Source: Eledone cirrhosa (Eukaryota). Taken from it: 64,000 nucleotides of DNA. This document shows positions 40,301-51,500 of the stretch, in pieces (the stretch's first letter is position 1; each line of letters opens with the position of its first letter). The notes beneath the pieces were generated by a model. It saw nothing but the letters and a program-made list of their open reading frames with translations. It did not search any database and was not told the origin of the DNA. Position numbers and translations under genes: made by a program. The stretch covers positions 33,852,001 through 33,916,000 of the forward strand of contig OZ024743.1 of the NCBI GenBank assembly GCA_964016885.1, given 5' to 3'.

Positions 40301-43300
40301 AATTAGTTTGTTTAATTCAGTATTGCTTTTAAAGAATACATAGTTGCCACAGATTCCAACTCCTCACATGATATCATTATATAATTATCACTATCATTAT
40401 TCATATACTGATGAATTCAGAATTTGTTTTCAGAATTCTCATACTATAAAACATTTTCTGAAGAAGTTTCCATTAGCTCTCATCTTCATATGACTGAGTG
40501 ACCACCACGTGTTTCATTATGATAGTGTATTTAAGGGACCAAATATAGCATTACTGATAATGAAAACAATATGAAATGATGGAGTATTCGTCAAAATAAA
40601 GCTTGATTCGCATTTAAGAATCACCTGATGATAATACAATTCACACTAAAGAAAACAAATTGTCATCATTTATTACCCTAACTGTAAATATATATATATC
40701 ACTTTATCAAAGTTTCAGTTCCTTTCATATTTAATACATGCGGTGCTATTCTGTAAAATTATGTATTATACATAAAAGGAGTTGTTTAACAGTGACATAA
40801 GGAACCTCAATTACTTTGCAAAAGTGTTAACGATGACAAACATACATACACACACTCACTCGCACATTGAAAGTCTATTATGTAATCTACATGTTTTATA
40901 GGCCAGAGAAATTTATGAAATTAAGTGAACCATAACAGGTTGAACATTACTTATGAAGGGGATATTTCAGGGTGACAAACTCATCAAGAACATTAGAGCT
41001 ATTTATACTCTGAGCTTGTTTTATATTTTAAACAAACGTTTATAGTGATTATACATTTGAGTTACCCTGTACCAGGCAACATAATGTCATAGCAGTATAC
41101 TTGCTATATTCAAATGGTTTTGTGGTTGATATATTAAAGTCATTATATACTATTTCAATGCATTAACACCCTTGGCTCATTTTTGTTAAGTTTCCACAAC
41201 TAGGAATGAATTTTATGTCTTCTTAAACACAAGTTTACATCTACATAGAGATTTAATGTATATTCTTCCTGTGGCTGAAAATTGGATGATCTCTTTAAGA
41301 TCATGAACTTTTTGTTTCATCAAGATCATAATCCATGAACCTCATAACCATTATTTTGCCAATATACCAGATTGATACCAAAAGGATTAAACTTTTTATA
41401 TTTCTGTATGTGGTATATAAGTTGATTCCCGAATGTGACTATAAATTCTTGAGACTATATGTATTTATACTTAAATATTTATGTAGTTCTAAAATTAACT
41501 ATCAATAAACAGTTACACACATTTACACACAAACAGTTATAATTCACATATCTACATCAAAGAATATAAACGACATGAACATTGTCTCTTCAGTAAAATA
41601 TCATTTTTACAGAAGATGAGCATTTATATTAACATATCTCATCTAAACAACATTGAGGAAGTCTAGTAAGTTAAAACTCTCATTACCATATTTCTAATAA
41701 AATACATTCTATTTCAATTAATTAATTACAAATATTGAGGAATTTACTAAAATTATTAATTATTTCCTGTTTAAGATATTAACTTAACACACGGTTCAGA
41801 TTACCATATATACTTGAATATAAACTGAGAAATGTGTACCAGAAAAAAAAAAAAAATCAATTGTAAAATGGAGGTCAGCTTATATATATCGGTCAATAGT
41901 TTACCGATTTTCACCAACTTCAAACTCTACTTAAATGAGGTGCTAGAATTTCTGAAGTGATTATTTTTACAAAGAAATTGAAAATAATGTGTTTTTAATT
42001 AGTCTGTGAATTTTTTTGCACAAGCTTCTATTAACCTATTGTACAATATATGTGTATTAAGTTCACTGTATAAAACTTGATACACTTTTACTATTACACT
42101 TGTTTCACATTCGAAGTGAAATTATTTTTCTATGGTTTTTTGATGTGTCTTGAACAAGTCTAGGAACCAAAACTATTGAAAATTATTCATTTGTTAGTTA
42201 ACTGTGGTGTTGGGGGAACCCATAGAGTTCTCTGGTTTGGAGATGAATATTGCACCAGCTTCACTCACTTTGGAGGTGAATATTACACCGGTTTCACTTT
42301 GGAGGTGAATATTATACCGGGTTTCACTTTGGAGGTGAATATTACACCGATTTCACTTTGGAGGTGAATATTATACCGGTTTCACTTTGGAGGTGAATAT
42401 TACACCAGTTTCACTTTGAAGGTGAATATTACACCGGTTTCACTTTGGAGGTGAATATTACATTGGTTTCACTTTGGAGGTGAATATTACACCGGTTTCA
42501 CTTTGAAGGTGAATATTACACCTGTTTCACTTTGAAGGTGAATAATACACCGGTTTCACTTCATGCTGGCACGAGACGGATGCCATTGTAAAAATCTATG
42601 TAAAGTTTTAATACTTGTATGATGTTAAATGGTTTCCGGGTTTTTTAAGGCACACATTTCATATGATATGTTAAATCATGTCTTGCATTTCAAAGATGGC
42701 ATTATTATTGTCTGTTAAAAGTAAAAGGCAAAGTACTCCCAGCATGTGAGTGTCTAGAAATAAACAAAAATTCAAGAAATTCAAGAAACTTGTTGAAATT
42801 TTATAAAACAGGTGAAATGTTAAAAACCATTATGTAATGGAGTTGTGAAACAAAAACTATACTCTAAATGATACTTAAAACATTCGAAATATCAAAATAT
42901 TAAAACTTCATAAATATATTCTCTATTCATGAGGATTTCAAAACCTCACTGTCCAAGCATATTGTGTTGATTAGCTGCCTCAGCTTATACATGGGGTTTG
43001 GATTTTGCCCATTTCTCAGACATAAAATAGGGTCTGCTTATATTCGAGTATATATTGTATTTTGGAAGATTTTAATTTCAATAGGAACCCTTTAACCCTT
43101 TAGTATTTAAACCGGCCATATCCGGCCAGAACTCTCACCTCTTTCAGTTCAAACTGGCCATTCATACTGATGTTAAGGTATTGTTCTCAAAATAAACAAT
43201 ATCAAAATCTCATAGATTCAATATTATGTGAGATAATATGCAAGATAAAGCCTTTACCACAAAAATAGAGTAATGTAAATGCTAAAGGTTAAATTGGTGG

Positions 43301-44006
43301 TTTTATTTCATAGAATCAGAGCCAATTTGGGCCAGCTTTGTATCAAAAGGGTTAACTGATAATAATAAGGTTAAAAGCTATTTAATTGTAGAACCTAAGT
43401 ATAAGAACTGCAGGAATATAAATTCTTTGGAATATAAATTCTGCAATGAGAAATCCTTGGACTTGCAAAACAGCAAGATCTAAAGCCTGCAAAAAACTAC
43501 TAATCATATGCATTCACACATATGCACGCTCGCTTACGCGCGCGTACACACTCACATATACAGAGGAAGACAGAACTATATATTTTGATAATTCTCTAAT
43601 TAAGTTTATATCTGGAAATTTTTTAACAATTAATGATATCTTCAGAATAATTCAGCAGTTTTCTTTCCTCTTCATTTTCCTCCCTATGGATATCAATAAT
43701 GAATCTGTCTTTCTTTTTGCACACAGCACTATTTTACTCACTTGGGCTTCATAATCTGGGTTAAATAAAATCACATGCTTTTGCAAAAATTCACTTTACA
43801 CCCAAACTTTTGTTAAATTCAAATTCACTTTTTCCAAATTTTTTTTTTTCACCTACTTTTCACTTTTACATTTAAAATAATGGACGAATCGTCTAGGTTC
43901 TTGTTATTACATTAAACTCTTTTATTGCAATTATTATTCACTTAATTGTCTTGTGTTGAAATAGCCAATAGAAATATGCAATATATATATATATATTATA
44001 TCACAC

Positions 44007-44077
<71 letters not shown>

Positions 44078-44171
44078 GGAGAGAGAGTTCCACAACAAAT
44101 TAGCAAACCATACCCTAGGACACTTGTTTCACCTAGCAGATTTCCAACCCATGTATGGCTGTGCTGGGAAC

Positions 44172-44217
<46 letters not shown>

Positions 44218-47200
44218 GTATATATATATATATCATATAGAAATGACATTTACAGGACTTGAACAATGTCATTTATTTGAAATGATCAAGAAAGTCTTTT
44301 CTAATGATTTCAAAAAAATGAAACAATTCTAGCCCCGTAGAAATCATTTTTTTATGAAATAAATCTGTATACTCTCTACTAAGGTATTGAGTACCTTATT
44401 TAACTGTGGTCTTTTTCCATTCCTCTTGGGAGTACTATTCTTGATCACACACTCACATCTATATCTATTCTCTTAGATACAATGATTGAAATGTAGGAAG
44501 AAATTTTAAATTCTGTTTATAATTTAGAAAACTGATAAACATTTGTTTAATATTTCAGAGAAATTACATACAGTTCTGTTGAATTAATTTAGGCTGTAGC
44601 AAAATATATGCATGACTAAACATACTATGTGATGGTATTTCGGGCTTGGTAGCAACTAGAAGATGCTTGCAATTAATTTTAAAACCATAAAAATAGGTTT
44701 ATACAAAGGTTTCTGCTAAACTGGTTACTAATACTTACAAATATAAAATTTTCTTTGAAATGTATCAACATATTAAAAATGTATTTTGTATGTATGTGTA
44801 TGCACTAGCATGTGTATATGTCTGTCTGTGTATATGTCTGTCTGTGTATATGTGTGTGTGATCAGTTCATACAGCAGTACCTATATTTGAAATTGACTCA
44901 ATTCAAAACATCTCTTGAAAAAAAATTAAGATTATTTCAGTAAAATATTACACATTCATTGTAAAAAAATATATATTTTTTATTTTTCATGCTTATTGTC
45001 TAGAAAATTATCAGTTAATTTGAAGATAATATGAAATAGATTTAAGTAGAATATCCTAAAGATTTATGTATTGCAAACATAAATAACAATTCTTTGTTTT
45101 TTTTTTATTTGTAAGTTTCCTGAACTCTTGTAACATATATTTTTTATAATCTGATAAAGCTTATGTAATGTATTTGGCAGTATGTCCATAAACACACTCT
45201 TACATATACTTGCATTTAACATTATTATTATCTAATATAATAACAAATTTAAAAAAGTATTTTGGGTGGAAAATTCAATCCATTTGAAATATTGACATTT
45301 CAATTATAGAGGAGAATGTTTAAGAGAAATATTAAGTATATTTTTATGGTCACCTAACATTTGGACAGAAACAATTTGATTATCTATATTTTTAATGTAT
45401 TTGAATGAATTTATGAAGAATTTGGAAGTATTTACTAAAATTATTAACTATTTCATAATATTTGAAGGTTTAAATAGAATTTCTTTAAAATGGGTGGTTT
45501 TGTTTCATAGAAACAGGGACAATTTCAGGTAGTTTGATACCAAAAGGATTACATCTCTAAAAATAACTCTGAAAGTGAATCCTTAAATAATGATATTAGA
45601 GGAAAGTTTATCACTGTTCACTGATCAAAATGTATTGATCTCCAAACTGACTAATTACTCCAAACGACTAAACATTATATTAAGGACATGTGGACATAGC
45701 CTGGACAAATGATTAAGAAGTTCACTTTACAATTATATGGCCTTGAGTTCAATCCCACTGCATAGCATTTTGGGCAAATGTCATTTACCATAGCCTCAGG
45801 CTGACCCAAGCCTTGTGAGTAATATTGGGTAGGTGGAGGTTGTTTGGAAGCCTTTTAGATGGACTGTACCTGTAATTCAGAGGGTTAGCCTTGTTACATA
45901 CTGTATCATACTGAATCTTAATTTAAGGGTACACATGACTGCGGAATGCTTGGTCACTTGAATGTTAATTCCTTGAGCAGGTTATCCCATTGATCAAACA
46001 ACTCATTGTCAAAATAAAGATCCATTCCATTACTGAGATAGTGTGTTTATAAGGAACAGTATCAATACGGACTTTCTAAATATTCCTCTCACATGTTTAA
46101 CTATCTCATTGTTCAATCTCATTTTCTTTTCTCTCTGTCCTCTACTTCTCTTTTTTTTCCCTCCTCTCTTTTTCCACAACTGTTATTCTTTTAGTTTCAA
46201 AATAGCATACTAAAAATAAAAATAAAAATCAATATGGTCAGTATAATAACTTCCTCTAAATTAATTAACTACTATTTAGAACTTCAGACATTGCAGTATT
46301 TTGCTCTAAGAATTAGAAAAAAATTACCTTTGGTTTTCAGATCACAAGGCAAGTTTTGAAAACCCATCAATTTACTGTCCATCAATTATATTGTATGATT
46401 GAAAAAAATATTGACAATGCAACAAAGGCTATTTGATTAGCAGAAAGGAACTGATGTCAAAGTTTTTCCATAATCACGATCTATTGTCTATATTGAATTG
46501 ATGATTATTTACACCTTAACTACATTTTCATAAGCTGTGGAAAAGATAGGTCTCTGCTAACTACTTTAAAACTCCCTATCATGTCTTCAAAGAGGATTCA
46601 TTTGGATTTCATATTTTCATTTGAATGTTAGTTAATTAATTACTGTTTATACTTGAATATAAGCTGAGGAGTAAGTGACTCTAAAAAAATAGTTGGAGAA
46701 AAAAAAAGAATTCAGATCAACTTATTTTTGAACATATTTGGTTATTGATTATTCATGATTATGATAAAGGCAGGAAAATGCCTGCTTAGGATTCTAGGTA
46801 TCTCCAAGTGAGTTGCATTCATTTTCTGGTGTCATCACCATCATCAATTGTTATAGAATCATAAACAAATAGTTTTCTCTCATGAGTCATATTGAGTGTA
46901 ACATCATCAGGTACCTTTTCTCACCCAAAACTCACACTTGCACAATATATATATAAGTACTTACACACAATTCAATTACACAAAATATGTCATGCACATA
47001 AACATCAGTTTGGTGTTAGTCATTTGTCATTTCATTTATCTAAAACATATATCAAACAATATTCTACAAAATTGAGAAACATTTTGAAATGTATGACCTT
47101 TGTTTTTGTATTACAGCGTGTTCTGTTTTCTCTGGGTGGCTCTTTTCTGTATTATGCCAACCATTTCAAGGTGTACAGTTCCTTCTGTGCTAGTCATTCA

Positions 47201-48176
47201 AGGTCGCAAAAGATCCTCAACCCAGGTAAGTGATAGAAAATGTGAGGTAATAGGCTCTGTGTGTTTGTCCATTTTATATACATACACACATATATATATA
47301 TGTATATAAAGATTACAAACACATAGACACACACATACTCACACACACATGCATACACACACACACACCCACACATAAGAACAACATTAAAAAAGATGCT
47401 GATATTACATAAATTGTTTATTCATTATGATTATTTCAACGGTTCCTTTATGAAATTCACAATGTAACGTATTCATTTGTTATTGGTATGGGAATGGTAT
47501 CTTCAGATGAAAATCCAATTACATGATATGTCGCAGGCAAAAAAATAATTTTTCTTCTTGCTTGCCTGGCAGATATATGTATATATATATATCCACACTG
47601 TAAACGTGGTTGGTGTTAGGAAGGGCATCCAGCCATAGAAAACCCGCCAGACAGTCCTATACGAGCAAGATAACCAATCTTGCCTCAAGTGGGAAAACTC
47701 CCGTCCAAACCCATGCAAGCGTGGAAGATGGACGTTAAACGATGATGATGATATATAATTAGGTTTGTTGGTTCACCACTGGATAGAACTGGTCATTCCG
47801 TATAGTCAACCTCGATGTAATATTATGGAGAGCACTCGACGTAATGCAACTCACCCATCTTCGTTTGTGTTGTTGGTGGTGCAAGTACGGAGTTAATTAT
47901 TATAAAATAAAAGGAGATTGGACTGGTGTAATAATTCCTTACAGGTTTATTATACTATGAACATTTCAATGACCGAGTTCAGTATAAATCCGGTGACATC
48001 ATCAGGTATTCGAAATTTAACAAAGGAATATAATAGACAAAATCCATGGAGCTGAAAAGCAGAGACAGGAAGGCGGCCGAATAATTAGCAGCTTCTAGCC
48101 CGGTCAGCCAGCCGGTCACTGAAATGATCATAGTATAATAAACCTTTTAAGGAATTACACCAGTCCAGCCTCCTGT

Positions 48177-48208
<32 letters not shown>

Positions 48209-48505
48209 CATCATCGTTTAACGTCTATCTTCCACGCTAGCATGTGTTTAGATGGGAATTGTCCCACTTGAGGCAAGATTGGTTGTCTTGCTCGTATACG
48301 ACTGTCTGGCAAGTTTTCTGCGGTTGGATACCCTTCCTAACACCAACCACGTTTACAGTGTGGACTGGGAAGTTTTTACCGTGTTACCTACACAGCCACA
48401 TTACAGCGTGGACTGTGTTTTTTTTTTTTGTCGTGACACGTACACGACCTCATTTAGGATGGATGTTGTGGTACCAACATAACTTTACAGAGAAAGGGGT
48501 GGTGT

Positions 48506-48544
<39 letters not shown>

Positions 48545-51500
48545 ATGTGTAACTCTTTAAATTTATACACACATACATACAATGCATTTCCTATATCAGT
48601 CATATTGCTACAATAACAATTTTGCTTCTAATCACAAGGCCTTGAGCTCTAATGTTACACTTTCCCCTCTGAAAATAGTTATTTCTCTAAAGTTATTCAT
48701 ACATATAATCATGTATGTCATTTGTACATATATGCCAAACATTTATGTTATTATATTATAGATATGAGTTATTAAGATATCATTTATATCTTTAATCACT
48801 TCCACATGTCAGTAATCTTCATAAATTCTAGGCTTTCTTTTATATAAATTCATTTATCAAAACACAAATTTCCCAGTTTGTTCAATTGTTCATATATTCG
48901 GTAATCCTGATATATTTGACATACTAATCCTGGATTTCCAAAATTAAACATGTTCAATGCTATTGCCATCATTGATGATGGTACAAGGTCATTAGTTTTA
49001 AAGATTACTTCGACAGAGTCCCCCGCTCCATTATCTGGTGGGCTCTTAGAAAACTAGGCGTTGACGAATGGCTTGTGAGGGCTATACAAGCCATGTATAA
49101 AGAAACAGTCAGCAAGGTTAGAATTAACAACGAATATAGTGAAGAGTTTAGCGTAAAAGTTGGCGTCCATCAGGGCTCTGTTCTCAGCCCCCTACTATTT
49201 ATTATTGCCCTTCAGGCTATAACAGAGGAGTTCAAGACAGGCTGCCCATGGGAACTCCTATACGCAGACGACCTGACACTCATAGCGGAATCAATGGCCG
49301 AGCTAGAGAAGAAATTCCAAACATGGAAGCACGGCCTAGAGTCAAAAGGACTTAAAATTAACCTGGCTAAGACCAAAGTTCTAGTTTGTAGGAAAGAAAA
49401 CAAGGCGGCGGTCCCTTCTGGGAAATGGTCGTGCTCGGTGTGTAGGAAAGGCGTAGGTAGAAACTCCATTTTATGTCCTAAATGCAAAGTATGGGTGCAT
49501 AAAAGATGTAGTGGGATCACAGGTAAGCTAACTAAGAACATAGATTTTACATGTGGCCTGTGTTCTGGTGCAATAAGTAGCAGCAAGTGCCCACAAAATA
49601 CTAGCTCTTTCAATTGCGCAGAGGGTTCTATAGAAATAGTGGACAGCTTCCGTTACCTGGGCGATAAAATCAGCAGTGGGGGAGGGTGCTCTGAAAGTAC
49701 TGTAGCTAGAGTCAGAACTGGTTGGAAAAAGTTCAGAGAGCTTATACCACTATTAGCTGCTAAAGGGTTCTCCCTAAAAATGAAAGGCAGGTTGTACGAT
49801 GCCTGCATACGAACAGCAATGTTGCATGGCAGTGAGACCTGGGCATTGTGTGCAGAGGATATACGCAGACTAGAGAGGAACGAAGCTTGCATGCTCCGCT
49901 GGATGTGTAACAGTAATATACGTGAACGGCAAAGCATAAACGAACTAAGGAAAAAATTAGAGATAAGAGGGATCAGATGTTGTTTACTCGAGAGAAGGCT
50001 ACGTTGGTATGGACACGTGATGCGCATGAAAGTCGATAGCTGCATAACAAAGTGCAGGGCAATAAAGATAGACGGTAGCCACGGAATAGGCAGACCTAGA
50101 AAAACCTGGGATGAGCTGATAAACTCCGACCTCACACACTTACACCTCTCCAAGACAATGTCACTGGACCGAGACCTTTGGCGGTACTCAGTAACAGAGA
50201 AGACCCGCCTTGCCAGTAGGCATCTCTAACAAAATACACCCTGTCCCGCCACAACCCCCACCCCATCCACACCACCCCGTTCTATGTAAAGTTATGTTGG
50301 TGCCGCGCCATCCAGGCCGAAACAAATGAGATCGTGTAGGTGTCACGGCAAAAAAACACACAGTCCACGCTGTAATGTGGCCGTGTAGGCAACACGGTAA
50401 AAACCTCCCAGACCCACACTGTAAATGTGGTTGGTGTTAGGAAGGGCATCCAGCTGTAGAAAACCTGCCAGACAGTCCTATGCGAGCAAGACAATCACTC
50501 TTGCCTCAAGTGGGACTACCCCCGTCTAAACCCATGCAAGCGTGGAACACGGACGTTAAACGTTGATGATGATGATGATTACTGTAACACATTTACACAT
50601 TTAACCCTTTAGTATTTACATTGCTCTATATTTACTATTGTATTTTCGCAGTAAAGGATTTATCTCACATAATATTAAATCTAAGAGATTTTAATATTAT
50701 TTATTTTGAAAATAATACCTTAACATCAGTATGAGGGGGCCTGATATGGCTGGTTTAAATGCTAAAAGGTTAACACATATATATTCCAAACACACTTTTA
50801 TATAATTACATTTAACATACATAAAAAGGAAATGAGTCCATCATCAGATCAGACCAAGAAAACAATGTTTCCATTGGTTTTTCCATTGCTGATACTATCT
50901 ACTTGTGGCATCTCCTGACCGAAGGAGGTGAGATTTGAACTCAGAATACACAGAACTGAATCATACACTACAGAACATTCCTCTCTCTCTCTTGTAAGAC
51001 TGTGGATATACACTTAGGTGTTGCCTTAGTCAGTGTTGTGGTTGTCGAGTCTCACACAGGAGTGACAATCTTGGCTGCAATAAATGTATTTGAAGGTGCT
51101 GCCAGTTTTGTCTTGGTGCTGTTTATTTTCAATAATCCACCTTCCTTCCTATCACTCTATCCTTGTATCACACCATCTGTGTTAGGAGGGATGGCATTGG
51201 AACTATTTGTATTCAGCCCTGCAGCACACACTACAATTATCTCCACTCTCACACTACAATTATCTCCACTCTCACACTACTTCTTTATCTAACACTCAAA
51301 TTTCTATCTCTGGGGCATCTGATTGACACTGGATATAGCAAGGCTACAAAAATGTTCATTTACATGAACATTTCATATATGATTCAATATATAACCCCAG
51401 TCTGTTATGTATATATATATAGATATGTTTCTTGTATCTATCTATCACCATGTGTGTGTGCGTGTGTGTAGTGTATATATATATATATATATATATACAT

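Larger units (their letters stand above)
41671..43355 (+). mobile_element. MITE family 2 copy split by two nested insertions
   Basis: Segments 41671-41801, 43060-43091 and 43293-43355 join to match the intact copy at 52082-52302. Confidence 0.75.

Noticed and set aside
40400-40660. Other CTGATGA motifs (about 40407, 40625; also 60168) as hammerheads
   Set aside because: No properly placed helix II plus GAAA and no helix I closure.
42236-42560. CRISPR-like array of palindromic repeats of about 29 bp
   Set aside because: Units are directly adjacent with no unique spacers, there are no cas genes, and the context is a eukaryotic intron; it is a minisatellite.
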